Below are positions 1 to 15,155 of a stretch of 64,000 nt of DNA, in pieces. The notes beneath the pieces were generated by a model. The model had not been told where the DNA came from and did no database searches. It worked only from the letters and a program-made list of their open reading frames with translations. A program made the translations under genes and the position numbers. The DNA is from the human T2T-CHM13v2.0 reference genome, Homo sapiens, in the NCBI RefSeq assembly GCF_009914755.1, contig NC_060932.1, one strand, 5' to 3'. The stretch's first letter is position 1. Each line of letters begins with the position of its first letter.

Positions 1-273
<273 letters not shown>

Positions 274-1848
274 CAATGAACGTTTTTGAGACAGGGTCTT
301 GCTCTGTTGCCCAGGATGGAATGCATCCACACAATCATGGCTCATTGCAGCCTCAATCTCCTGAGCTCAAGCAATTGTCCCACCTCTACCTCCCATTTAT
401 GTAAATGTGTGGGTCTGTACTGAGTCTCAGTATCAATGAATTTTTTTTTTTAAATGTTGAAAGCCAGTAATATATGATGGCCTGAAGTGTTCCTAGAGTC
501 AACTAAAGACTGAGTTTCTCTAGTTGACATGCAACAGAAGTTTGTTTACCGGAAGTATTGCAAATTTTATTGTCGCACTCCCTCTCTCCAAGAAGGAAGA
601 GCCAACTGACTATTCCCATCAGCACGGCCTAAAGCAATCCTAATCAAGTTAATGCCACCCTAAATTAACCAAGAAAAGCCAAAGGGAAGACAGCAGATGC
701 TTTAGGGACCAAGTTGTTAATTCAGAGATGCTCCTGTTTGGTTGGTTCTTTTCCCCTTGGACTAACTACTTTGAATATTTTGTCCACTTGCCTACCTCTA
801 GAATTGGAAATTTTCCCTAGGGCCTTCCTCTGAGTCTGCTGGGGTTTTTTTAAGAGTTCTTAGAGTTCATCTTCTCAAAGACAACTCCAGCTCTCTATTT
901 AGTCAATCTCTCTGATATACACACAATTTTACTTTCCAACATTCCAAGGAAACATAAATTAGAAATATACACATAAAATGACATCCACCCCTCTTCTCCC
1001 TGCAATAATATCTTTGTGATATTCCTACTATCTACTTAACTGGTGTGTTGCTTTCTCTCACCCACTTCCATTCATAAGCGCTGAGAGTTATCTGCTATCT
1101 CTCTCCATTCCTAATTCCTGGCCTGAGATCCGGGCTACAGATGCTACAAGTTGATGTGGGCTCTTCATGCTGAAGAATTCATGAGTACTTTCTGCTTAAC
1201 TCCTCTATATTCTCAACCCGATCCCTTTGCTTTTTCTTTCCATAATAATCTGTTTTCTGATGGGTAATCCATCCAAACACTCATTTGCCCTTATGAAATT
1301 AGTGTTTTCTAGCTTTCCATTTGCGTGAAGGACCCCTAACATATGACTTCAACCTTCAATTTTATTTCCCCCAAACTACCCTTTCACACTATTAAAAATA
1401 ATAATAAAAAATTGCCACAGAATCCAACTATAGCTTAAATTAAAGAACTCACCTGTCTTGAGAGTAAGTATGCTTCAATAGCTTATTCTTTTACTATCCT
1501 TTTAGTGTTTTCATTGTTCAATGCTAACCTGCCCTCCAACCATACCTTAATCAACGAATTACACATTTTAAATAACTACTAACACTATAACCTATTTGAG
1601 GAACAAGCCTATCTGGTAAAGTGTCTCACTCCAGCAGTGATATTCTGTCCTCTCTTTGACAAGTATTAAATATATTTTCATGCTGCCCACCTGTCTATCA
1701 TAGAGACCCACCTCCCTTCTATGAAGGTTCCACCTGGTGAAGAGCCCATGTTTTCTGGTCATTTACCTTTCTACCTATCAAAGCTGGACTATTATGTGGT
1801 CATTTTTCTCTCAGCTAGCAGTTCCCCTATAAAAAATCCAATAAATTC

Positions 1849-2153
1849 GGCTGCGCGGTAACTCAAGCCTGTAATCCCAGCACTTTGGGAGGCCAAGGCG
1901 GGTGGATCACGAGGTCATGAGATCGAGACCATCCTGGCTAACACGGTAAAACCCCATCTCTACTAAAAATACAAAAAAGTTAACCTGGTGTGATGGCAGG
2001 CGCCTGCAGTCCCAGCTACTCAGGAGGGTGAGGCAGGATAATGGCGTGAACCTGGGAGGCGGAGCTCGCAGTGAGCCGAGATTGTGCCACTGCACTCCAG
2101 CCTGGGCAACAGAGCAAGATTCCACCTCAAAAAAAATAATAAAATAATAAAAT
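1849..2153 (+). mobile_element. AluY-like
   Basis: gatcgagaccatcctggctaacacgg; flanked by TSD aaatccaa(t/c)aaattc. Confidence 0.9.
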
Positions 2154-2206
2154 AAATCCAACAAATTCCATCTAACCAAAATGCTAATTAATGATCATTT
2201 AATAAA

Positions 2207-2558
2207 GGAGTCCCCAACTCCTTTACAGCACAATACAGTGGACCAGTACTGGTCCATGGCCTGTTAGGAACCAGGCAACACAGCAGGAGGTGAGCTATAC
2301 GCGAGCATTACCGCCCTTGCTCTGGGCTCCAGCTCCTGTCAGATCATCAGTAGCATTAGATTCTCATAGGAGTGCGAACCCTATTGTGCTGTGCATGCAA
2401 GGAATCTAGGTTGCACGCTCCTTATGATAATCTAACTATTGCCTGATGATCTGAGGTGGAAGTTTCATCCTGAAACCATTTCGCCCCCAACCAAACCATC
2501 TGTGCAAAAATTGTTTCCCACGAGACTGGTCCCTGGTGCCAAAATGGTTGGGGATCTA
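2207..2558. mobile_element. MER1B-like hAT-Charlie DNA transposon
   Basis: Terminal inverted repeats gtccccaac...gttgggga and internal gcattagattctcataggagtgcgaaccctattgtg, typical of MER1. Confidence 0.8.
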
Positions 2559-3164
2559 TGATTTAATGAATTTCCCTTCCCAGAGGGAAATCCTTTTAAT
2601 AACGACTTTGGCCAGCTTGGGCAACATGGCAAGACCTCATCTCTACAAATTAAAAAAAAAAAAAATTAGGTATGGTGGTGCGTGCTTGTGGTCCCAGCTA
2701 ATCAGGGAGGCTGAGGTGAGAGGATCACCTGAGCACAGGGAGGTCAAGGCTGCAGTGAGCCATGATTGTGCCACTGCACTCCAGCCAGGGCGATAGAGTA
2801 AGACCCAATCTCAAAAAAAAAAAAAAAGTTAAAAAGAAAAAAAAGGACTTCTGAAGACCTCAGTGACAAGTATGTTAACGAAATCTAAGGAATCTAAAAA
2901 CTACTCTGGTACCTCAAGTTGGTGACATGGGTGACCACATCTATTGCCTATGTTTAACACAAACCTTGTTAAGGAGACCAAATCAATGAATATGAGGGTG
3001 AGAGGTGCCTTAAAAATCATCTAGGTCTCTGAGTCATGATTCTTGAACTGGGCTACACACTGGAATCTCCAACTCCCAGAGGAGAAGAAGATGCCCAAAG
3101 AAGCAAATTTCAAAGTCAGTGACAAGGCCAGGCCTAATACCCATGCCTAACATTATGTGTTGAT

Positions 3165-3238
3165 ATGTGTACATACATACATATATATATACACACACAT
3201 ACATACACACACACACATACACACACACATATATATGT
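3165..3238. repeat. (TA)/(CA) compound microsatellite
   Basis: Seen directly in the sequence. Confidence 0.9.
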
Positions 3239-3897
3239 AACATACTAAAAATATAAAGGCATGTATGGGAAGGACAAATATCCAATTCATGTCAGTGATT
3301 ACCTTTTGGGGGATGGGAAGGGAGTGTAATTGAGAAGAAATACACATGGTGGCTTCAAATGTATTGGTAATATTTTTATTAATATTTCTTAAACTGGATG
3401 GTAATACCTAAGTATCTATTAAATTAGGCTCTGTTCTTTTTTCTTTTTGTTTTGTTTTTATTTTTATTTTTGTTTCTTTGAGACAGGGTCTCACTTTGTC
3501 ATCCAGGATAGAGTGCAGTGGCACAATCATAGCTCACTGAAACCTCCCACTGCTGGGCTCAAGCAATCCTCCCACCTCAGCCCCACAAAGTGCTGAGATT
3601 ACAAGGCGTGCACCATCGCAGTAGGCCCTCATTATCTTCTGGATATCTAAAATTTTGTAATAAAATAGAATAAAAAGATGGTATATAATCAAATGTATAT
3701 CACATTAGGAATTCAGTGAAATATCTCAGGCTAGAAAGTACTCAGAAAACATACTTGATGAGGTAGGCTTTGATGGAAGAATAAAACATAGATTATTCTT
3801 CAGGCAAAAAGTAACACAAACTTTTCTAAAGGAAAAATGTGAATAAAGGTAAAGCTGGGAGTACCCACAGCCTATAACATAAATAAAGAACAACGGG

Positions 3898-4162
3898 GGC
3901 CAGGCACGGTGGTTCATGCCTGTAATCCCAGCACTTTAGGTGGCCGAGGCAGGTGGATCATCTGAGGTCTGGAGTTGGAGACCAGCCTGGCCAACATGGC
4001 GAAACGTTGTCTCTACTAAAACACAAAAATGAGCTGGGCGTGGTGGCGCCCGCCTGTAATCCCAGCCTCTCAGGAGGCTGAGGGACGAGAATCGCTTGAA
4101 TCAGGATGCCAGAGGTTGCAGTGAGCCGAGATTGTACCCCTCCATCTCAAAACAAAACAAAA
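3898..4162 (+). mobile_element. AluS with deletion near 3' end
   Basis: Full left arm; the right arm jumps from gagattg to ctccatctcaaaa. Confidence 0.85.
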
Positions 4163-6665
4163 TAGTTTTGAAAACCACTGGACTAAAGCGTCCAGCTAGA
4201 AGGTACTGCTGCAATTCAAAAGTGAGGGTCATAAAACCATGGAATGGGTTTTATGGGGTAGTACTCTTGAGAAAGAAAACAGAAAAAATTAATCCACCAA
4301 CTTTTTAATAGAAAATTTGATAGGCTATAGTGACAAACTAGATGGGATAATGAAAGAGTAAGACCTACCTGAAAAAATAAAAAATGCCAACTGAGCAGCA
4401 GCTTCTAGTCATACTTGAACATCAACGACATCGATAAGGCCATGTAAAAGTCAGCACTAAGGAAGTGTTATTCAAGGCAGAAAAGCAAAATGGCACTTTT
4501 ATAAGGATTAAGAGCAGAATAAGCAACAGAGACCAGGAGATTACAGAAAAAGAGGACCACTACATCATGGAATGATAAGAAAGAGAGTTTCAAAAAGAGC
4601 CATCACTGTATACAACAAGAGGGTGCACAGCCTTTGTAGCCAATCAGATGCAGAATTCTGGCACTTTCTCCACTTGACCAAGTTATTTAACGTCTTTGAG
4701 CCTCATATAATAAGGAAAACATAAGTTAACAACTAACACTGTTGAACACATAGGGGCTTCAAATATATTTGTCAAATTTTATTTCTTAAGCTCAGTCGTG
4801 ATACATAAATATTTATTAAATTAGTCCCCATTATCTTTTGTTGTTTTTGTTTTGTTTTTGTTTTTTTGAGACAGGGTCTCGCTCTGTCCCAAGTGCTTTA
4901 CATATCACCTCATTTAATCCCCACAATACATTTCACAGATGAAGAAATTAAACTTAGAACTAGCATAATAAGTAGCAGAGCCAGGATTACTATTTCTTAG
5001 GATTTAAATAATGTATACTTAAATTTCCTGGCAAACAGGATGACCTCAAAACGAGTAGCTATATTTCATTATTAGGAGATAATAATCAATAGGGGCAAAA
5101 CTGCCAGTAATTCCTGTCATAGCCTTCCATGTGGCAAACTCTCTCAACATCCTCATCTATAAATTAGGATTAATGCCTATAATCCAATCTACTCCATAGG
5201 GTTGCTGTGAGGATTAAATATTATGAATATGAAAATTCTATAAAAAATGTTGAGACATTCAAATATCAGGGATTGCTGTCACATATCTTTCGCCTTCAAA
5301 AATGCTTTTGCGGCATTTTTGTTCACTACTTCAAAATAAGACTCTGAATAAGCTAAAAATAAGTCTGTTAAAAGTGCAACCACCACTTTGAAAAGTATAA
5401 ATCACCACAGAATTGCTGCCTACACCTGCCCCTGACTCCTCCAGGTTCTCTAATGTCTCCACAAGGGCAAGGATTCTCTTACACCTATAATGAAACTCTG
5501 ATAACTTACAGTACAGCTAATCAATAGAGAGCTGCACTTCAATTCAGAGTTGTTCAAACTGGACTACTGTGTTTTCTCAGAGGTGCTCCTTCCAGTTCTT
5601 CCAGAAAAGAAAAAAGTGCCCAATTCTCTTATATTGTATTAAAACGGTGCCCAATGAGTAGAATGCAGGTAACTTACAAAATGCTAGAAAAGAATCTATC
5701 AATTGACTTGCTCAAGTGCTCTGACAGCAGGTCCCTTTTGGAAACTCCTTCACGACCCCCCCTTTTTTTCACCTGAACAGATGGCTTCCAGGCTTCAAGG
5801 CTCACATGTCTAGTCACACAATTCACAATAGCTCCCAAAGTTCCTAACTTTTCAATTATCCCATGTTCTTGAACACACCTTTCATCTAAAGATCTCTAGC
5901 TGTCAAAGCATACGAACTCTTTAATCTTCACAACAGCACTATCTGAGAGATTACTATCCTTATTTTATAAGTTAAAAATGAAAGACTGAGGTTAAATATT
6001 TTAGCAACATCAAACAATTCGTTAATTCATTCTTGGGGAGAGAGGAATACATATTATGAACTTCTGTCAATGGACAACCTAGATTTGGCTTCCTAAGATC
6101 ATTGCAAATATTAGCTCAAACACATCCCACTCTTGTATGCATACATTTCCAACACAGGTGTCAAAGATTAAATATAAACTATTAATAACAGTAAATACCA
6201 TACCAAAGCAGCACTATTTTTACACGCAAAACTATATTGGGGGAGGGGGTTCTAATTTAAACTTCCCACTGTCTTGCATCCATAAATACTTTTGAACTTG
6301 AGGGGGAAGGGGGAAGAACACCTGTCAGAGCAGCACATCCACAATGTTTTACAGACTGTGTAGCTATTAATATTTAATTCCTCCCGCCCCGGGAGGTCAG
6401 GCCGCAGGGAGCCCGGCGCTGCCCACCCGACTTTCCACGCGCCAGGCCTGCCGGCCGCAGGGGAGGCTCCGGCTCCCGCTCCCCTCAGGTCCCCTCGCCC
6501 GTGGACAGACGCGGCGGGACACTCGGACCCGCCTCCCGACCTCAGCGCGCCCGGCTCGGGGCCCGGCGGGCGGGGAGAGGCTCGCAGCAGGGCCTGGCCT
6601 AGCCACCCCCGCCCCGCGGCCGCCGGCGCCGCTTCCCTCCTTCTTCCCGCTCCCCGATTCGTTAC

Positions 6666-6691
6666 CTCTTAGGCGCCGGCGGCTGCTCCAT
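6666..6691 (-). CDS. STK3: STK3 (MST2) first coding exon, 26 nt, MEQPPAPK + phase-2 codon
   Basis: Minus strand reads ccggccgccATGGAGCAGCCGCCGGCGCCTAAGAG|gtaacg: perfect Kozak context and GT donor at 6665. The peptide matches the known human MST2 N-terminus MEQPPAPKSKLKKLSEDSLT. Exon 2 is not present in 1-6665. Confidence 0.93.
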
Positions 6692-6860
6692 GGCGGCCGG
6701 GGACAGAGAGAGGGACCTGGTGGACGGCGAAGGCCGAAAGGAGGAAAGGAGCCGGGGCACCGGCCGGCCGAGCCTAGGGCACCACAGAGGGAAACTCTGG
6801 GAACTCGGACCAACTTTCCCGTAACTCCGCGGCGGATCTCCCTCCCGCTTAGGAGCGCGG
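6692..6860 (-). other. STK3: STK3 exon 1 5'UTR / TSS region (upstream limit uncertain)
   Basis: GC-rich sequence directly upstream of the ATG with no upstream ATG on the minus strand. The TSS cannot be fixed from sequence. Confidence 0.6.
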
Positions 6861-6866
6861 CTCCTC

Positions 6867-6950
6867 CCGCCCCGCCCCGCCCCCGGCCGCCCCGCCCCGC
6901 CCCCGGCCGCCCCGCCCCGCCCCCGGCCGCCCCGCCCCGCCCCCGGCCGC
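6867..6950. repeat. 20-bp GC-only tandem repeat (cccgccccgcccccggccgc) x4
   Basis: Four identical units at 6871, 6891, 6911 and 6931, plus a partial unit at 6867-6870. Confidence 0.97.
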
Positions 6951-7785
6951 GCCGGCCGCCAGCCTGCGGCGGCGGCCCAGAGAAGGTGGACGGAGCCGGG
7001 CACCGCGGCGGGGGGCGGAGCCTGCCGCGGCCTGGGTTGGCGGGCGGGGCCGGTGCCGCGGCGGGTGGGCGGGGCCGGGGACGAAGGCCTGGCTGGCCCC
7101 AGAGCCCCGTGACCGGGAAAAGGAGAAGGTTCCGCTAGAGCTAGGGGGCGAGGCCGGAGCCGCTCTAGGCTGGGGAAGGGCAAGTCCCTCTGAGCTGGCC
7201 CAGAGCTCCGCCCCTAGCCTGCCCTCACTACGGTTTGCCCTGATCCAATTTGACTCATTTCTTTGGCTTTCCCAACGACACATCCTAACATCGTGTGAAT
7301 CCGTTTGAAGTATTACTTTCTCACTGCCCACGCTTCCCTCTCTAGTTCTGTTTATAATTATCGGTTATGTTTTCCCCCAGCCATTTGACATGTGTAGGCC
7401 ACAGTACTAGGGATACTTCTGGAAATTCTTGTTTGATTTTTATTGTGGACAAGCTCCTCGCTACATTTCACAATAATTACATCTAATTACCGAGAAAATA
7501 ATTCGTACAGTGAGATCTCTCGGTACACCAAATTCAGTTGCACTGGGCCCTTGCAGCTGTCCCATTGGGTAACCTGGCAAGCCTGTCACAAATTATGCTG
7601 CCAGGAAGAATACTCAAGAAAAGTTTGTTTCCTCCCCTCTTTGGTCCTCTCCCCCAACCTGATTCCAGCAGCCCTCATCCCATTGTAATCTGACCACTGC
7701 ATGCATCCATATTGTGGGTATACTTTTAACCTTAAATTCCATATATACCTTTCACATAACAATATACAGCTGCTACATGAGTTTA

Positions 7786-8154
<369 letters not shown>

Positions 8155-8384
8155 TTAGAACAATAAATATGAAGAGAATGTTAAATAAAGGAAACCAATT
8201 TGAAGAGAATGTTGAATAATGTGAATATTTGCCCAAATTAAACTTGACTATTAGCAGCTAATACAAGTTTAGTTTAGTCCTCTTTTTGCATTATTTTAAG
8301 TTTCACTATGTAATAAACTTACACTATTTTCAAACCATTATATTCTTTCCTAAATTTAGTTATTTTAAGACCATTCATTTTTGA

Positions 8385-8643
<259 letters not shown>

Positions 8644-8675
8644 TAAAACCTAAATATTTAAAATGTTAAAGCTGA

Positions 8676-9033
<358 letters not shown>

Positions 9034-9079
9034 CTCACTCCCATCTTTTTGTGTTTCATCAGAGAAACCTCTTGAGGAA

Positions 9080-9420
9080 GGCTGGGCGAGGTGGCTCACA
9101 CCTTCAACCCCAACACTTTGGGAATCCAAGGCAGGCAGATAGCTTGAGCCCATGAGTTCGAGACCAGCCTGGGAAACATGGTGAAACCCATCTCTACAAA
9201 AAAAAAAAAAAAAAAAAAAAAAAACAAAAGAAATAGCTGGGCATGGTGGCATGCACCTGTAGTCCCAACTACTAGGCTTCAGTGAGCCATGATCAAGCCA
9301 CTGCACTCCAGCCTGAGCAATAGAGTGAGACCCTGTTTCAAAAGAAAGAAAAGAAAGAAAGAAAGAGAGAGAGAGGGAGGGAGGGAGGAAGGAAGGAAAG
9401 AGAGAAAGAAAGAAAGAAAA
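9080..9420 (+). mobile_element. AluJ-like with internal deletion and purine-rich (GAAA/GGAA) tail
   Basis: Alu arms, expanded middle A tract, and a GA-rich tail at 9340-9420. Confidence 0.85.
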
Positions 9421-10464
9421 TAAATGATCCCTGAATTGTTTTACCAACAGCAATCTCCAGGGAGCCTTTCCCAGTCAAACCACCAGCATCATCACCCACT
9501 ATCTGTCACATTTAAGTTGTGATAGAGATACTGTCTTGTATATATGTCCGTAGTACCCTGTGTTGGCTTTTGTATGAAACTTGTCACACTATATTGAAGT
9601 TCTGTTTATTAGGCTGTCATCCCAACCCAACTATGAGTTGATTGAAAGTTGAGCCATATCTTTATTCTCTATACCTTGCATAGCAAGTGCCTGATAAATC
9701 GTAAGGGCACTGGGCTGGATAGCATCCTTTTGGTCCTGCAGATTCATTCTCCATCCTTTTCCATCTGCTCTCTGCTCTGAGAGCTAATATGTATGGCTGA
9801 CATCAGAAGCCCCTTGGCTTATGGTTGGGTCTGATGATAGACCCAGCAAGAGATCATCTGAGGGAGAAAGGAGGGTGAGGTCAGACTATTGGATGCCCTG
9901 GTTCCCTTCCTGTGAGGTGACCTAGGGCTAGCTGTGTTCCAGAGAATCATGGCTCTTTGCAAGGCAAACTACTCTACCTAATTATTCCTCCTTCCCCTTG
10001 ACCCTTTGGGCCTGAGTATCATGGCTGCTCTGCTATTCCCTGGGTTTCTTCTCTATGTCCTATGTTCCCCTAACCTCAATCCTCAACTGATGCTTTGTAA
10101 ATTAAACTCTTTTCAATTGACACTAATTTGATTGCACCTTCTAAAGGGCTTATGATCTTGACTGATACACCCATAAAGAATTGTGGAAGTAGGAGGAATA
10201 CTATCAGAAAATAAATTTCTGAGGTCTTTCCTCAACTTGAAAAGGGAGAAGACTAATAATTATCATACGACTCCAATAGGATCAGACACTAGGCCTCCAT
10301 TTTCTCATTAAACCCTGAAAACAACCTTGTGAAGTAGTTATTTCCATTTTATAGGTGAGAAAACTGAGGTTCAAAAGTGTGAAAGGAGTTACCCTAGGAT
10401 AAACAGAATGTCTGTGTTCTAATCCAGGCCTTTAAGACTCCAAAGCTGGAACTTATTCCACTGT

Positions 10465-11200
<736 letters not shown>

Positions 11201-11447
11201 GTGTTACTCAATAAAGGAATTGTTTTTCTCCTGAATTACTTAGAAGAAGAAAAAAAAATGCTTCAAGCTTCTGTTTTACTTTGTCTGTTGAAAACCAACC
11301 TGAAGATTCCAGGAAGAAAGCATAGAAGTCACCATTCAAACTGCAAATAAGAGGCAGCAGCATTCATGAACAAAGGAAAGCTGCAGGAACATTTGAGATA
11401 CAGGTAAGGGTCACCCAGCTTCACTTAACTGTGAAAGTAAGGTAATC

Positions 11448-11820
<373 letters not shown>

Positions 11821-12055
11821 TTATACTAGCAAACAGCTGATTACAATTCTCAGTTGAGTGCTCTAAGAGAAATGGGAAAGAAATCTGCAATTTGAGATCC
11901 AGTGCCTTTGAATAACAAAAAGCATACGTTCTTTGTAACTGAATACGTACACCACCATGTTTAAAATATTAAGATAGAAACATATTAAGGTAAAAATTTT
12001 TCCTTGTCATACTAGTTGCAGCTATTCATTGAAACTACAACTTTGTATTTCTCTT

Positions 12056-12350
<295 letters not shown>

Positions 12351-12799
12351 TAACAAATGTTAATTAATCTTTTCTGCTATAATAAGGAACAGTTTGGGGA
12401 AGAGAGAAATCACTAATCAAATATATTGTGTAGGTTTTTATTTGCAGGAAAATTTGGAAATGTTTTCCTTCAAGAGGTAACTTTACAAAACATTTTCTCT
12501 TGATCTGTTTCTCTTTTCTAACTTAGTTTTATAGTTAGTTTGAAACTAGCATGTTGCATTTGAATTTAACCACTGTCCTCCTTTATCATAACAATCTTAA
12601 ACTATTATTTAACTTGTTTCTCAGACCACACTGTGAACCTCTTGGGAATAAGGACAGTATCTTCTTCCTATTTGTCATGTCAGGAGTCTAGCATAACTAT
12701 TAGCTACAAGTAACAACTCAAAATGATTTTTAAAACAAGAAGACTAGAAGGAGGTGTTTCTAGGTTTGAATAATTCTTCAATTTACTTCCATTTCTTGT

Positions 12800-13508
12800 T
12801 GTTGATTTAAGAATCACAAGGTTCATAAATTTGGAGTGGAGAGCTTTATTTGTTGTAAAAGGTTGCAGCCTGCAGGCTGGCCATCCCACAATCTGGGAAG
12901 CATAGCCTCTGTCAGAAACCGGAAGCAGGCATTTTAAAGAAGGAAGAATGAGACGGATTGGCTAAGTGTACATATTCAATAGGTTATAGTGCCTCCTTTT
13001 CGTGAAAAAAAAAAAATATATATATATATAGATATCTATATATATATTCACAAAGGCAGACACTCACATGCACAATAAGCAAACATGCATATTATATATG
13101 TCCCATGTTCACTTTGGGGTGGAGATTTAACATTTACATGCATTAAAATTAAGCTATATACTTCAAAAGGTGAAACCGAAGACACAGAGGCATCCTGTGT
13201 GCATCCTCTGTAAATCAGCCACAACCAATCCATGGTGGTCACTTACCAGAAAGGAATGCTGGTCAGTTGTATTGTCAAAACCACAAAAAAAGGAGTCCAG
13301 CAAGTCTTTCAAAAGGAATAGTTCCTGTTTAACTCAGGAAAGAAAGTCTAAAGGCAATTAGCAAGGGAAGAAGTATAATGAGGTATGTCTGACCGCCTAT
13401 CCTGTCATGGCTGGGAATTTAGTTTTTAAGGTTTCTCTGGGGTCCCCTTGGCCAAGGGGGGGTCCATTCAGTTGGCTGCGGGGCCTAGGATTTAATTTCT
13501 ATTTCTCA
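12800..13508 (-). mobile_element. ERV1 solo LTR, MER4-group (MER39/LTR29-like)
   Basis: Minus strand starts TGAGAAATAGAAATTAAATCCTAGGCCCC...CTTGGCCAAGGGGACCCCAGAGAAACC and ends in CAACA. Subfamily from memory. Confidence 0.7.
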
Positions 13509-13745
13509 CTGCTCTGCTGTGCACAGCAGACCTAGTTGTCTCCTCAAACTATCTCCCTCCCCTCAGAGGACAAATATGGCCACCAATGTTCCAGGCCTTA
13601 CATGGAGACATGACAATGCCCAGCACCAGAAGATAATTAGTTATTTCTGAATACAACTTTTATAAGATGGTAGGAAAAGTCTATTCCAGAAGCCCCTCTG
13701 CAGACTTCCCTACATGTCCTATTGGCTAGAAATGTGTCACAGACA

Positions 13746-14588
13746 TGTTGATGAAAAATGCCAAACTGTGTAAAATATTTGAAGAGGTTTATTCTGAGCC
13801 AAATGTAAGGACAATGACCTCAGGAGGTCCTGAGAATACGTGCCCAAGGTGGTTGGGTTACGCTTGATTTTACACACTTTAGAGAGACAGAAACTACAGG
13901 CAAAACCATAAATCAATATACATAAAGTTTATATTGGTGTGGCCTGGAAAGGCTTCTCAAAGTTGGGGGGTGCAGGGGGAGGGTTCCAGGTCATAGGAGG
14001 ATCCAAAGATTTTCTGATTGACAATTGGTTGAAAGAGTTAAGTTTTGCCTAAAGAGTTCAAATCAGCAGAAAGAAAGTCTTGTAGTTAAAATAAGGGGGG
14101 TTATGGGAGCCAAGGTTCATGTTATGTAGATGGAGCCTCCAGGTAGCTGACTTCAAAGGGAATAGATGGTAAATGTCTCTTATCAGATATTTACCAGTTA
14201 AATCTCTCCTGGATCAGGAAAAGATATGGAAAGGGAAGAGGATTCTCTAGAGAAAGTAAATTTTTCCCACAAGAGACAGCTTTGCAGGGCCATTCCAAAA
14301 TATCTCAAAGAAATATATTTGGGGGTAAAAATACTTTGATTTCCTTTAGGGCCTGTTATTTGTCATGTGATGTGACCAGAGGCAGTTTGGAGTTGGTATC
14401 TTATTGCTATAAAGAGTCTGTTCTGTCAATCTGAGGATTGCTATTTTAATGTTAACACTGGTCAGTTGTGCCTAAACTCTACTTCCTTCATAACCTGAAC
14501 TAGTTTTTCAGGTTTCTTTGGAATCCCTTGGCCAAAAGCGGGTCCATTTAGTCAGTTGAGGGGGGTTAGATTTTATTTTTGGTTTATA
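13746..14588 (-). mobile_element. ERV1 solo LTR, MER4D/E-like
   Basis: Minus strand starts TATAAACCAAAAATAAAATCTAACCCCCC...GGCCAAGGGATTCCAAAGAAACCTGAAAAACTAGTTCAGG and ends in CAACA; contains MER4-type ctcaggaggtcctgag. Confidence 0.8.
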
Positions 14589-14730
14589 GCCCCATCTCTG
14601 ACAAAGAAAAGGGGATAACCAAAACCTGTTACGACCATTTGTGATTCACCCCATGGAGGTGGGTTTAGAGTTGAGGCTGGGACTAGACTTCCCTGAAGTT
14701 TATGGCAAAGAGAACCATGCAGAGAAGAAC

Positions 14731-15155
14731 TGAGAAAAAAAAAACCTTTATCTGAGGGATGTGAATCTTTAAAAATTATCAAGCCCATTGAGACAGCAAT
14801 CACATTCTACTCCCCTGCAACCACCTGTTTAGCTATGTATTCATCTCTTAAAACTGCTTGCTATTGCCACAAGTAGCTATAAGTGTACCTAATAATGTAG
14901 CACCAGACACCATAAGCCACACTTTATAGTTGAACAATGTATAGCAAATCAATAGCTTATGTTATTTTAATATACATTCTTGGCAATGGAACTGCCTCTT
15001 CTTTCCCTTTAAAATTCTACTTATAACTGCTGCTAACTGGAGTGCATATTCATGGCAACTTGAATCTGTGCTCCCAGGCTGCAATCTTCCAACTTGACCC
15101 AAATAAACTCTCTACTTATATTAATTTTGTCTCCACTTCTTCCTTTAGGTCAACA
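14731..15155 (+). mobile_element. ERV1 solo LTR (MER65-group-like) with 4-bp TSD gaac
   Basis: TG...CA termini, AATAAA near 15102, gaac at 14727-14730 and 15156-15159. Confidence 0.75.

Larger units (their letters stand above)
6380..7220. promoter_or_regulatory. CpG island promoter of STK3
   Basis: About 840 bp of very high GC and CpG density with many GGGCGG boxes, surrounding the start codon, with AT-rich flanks. Confidence 0.92.

Noticed and set aside
1448-1530. Possible cryptic STK3 exon ending at a strong donor (AG|GTGAGT on minus at ~1453)
   Set aside because: The nearest upstream AG lacks a polypyrimidine tract, and the sequence does not encode known MST2 residues.
6867-6950. C9orf72 GGGGCC or CSTB dodecamer repeat locus
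   Set aside because: The period is 20 bp, not 6 or 12, and the adjacent exon encodes the STK3 N-terminus; only sub-motifs are shared.
6397-7331. Long ORFs 6397-6813 and 6849-7331 (minus) as novel proteins
   Set aside because: Low-complexity Gly/Arg/Pro translations with non-ATG starts; an expected artefact of stop-poor CpG-island DNA.
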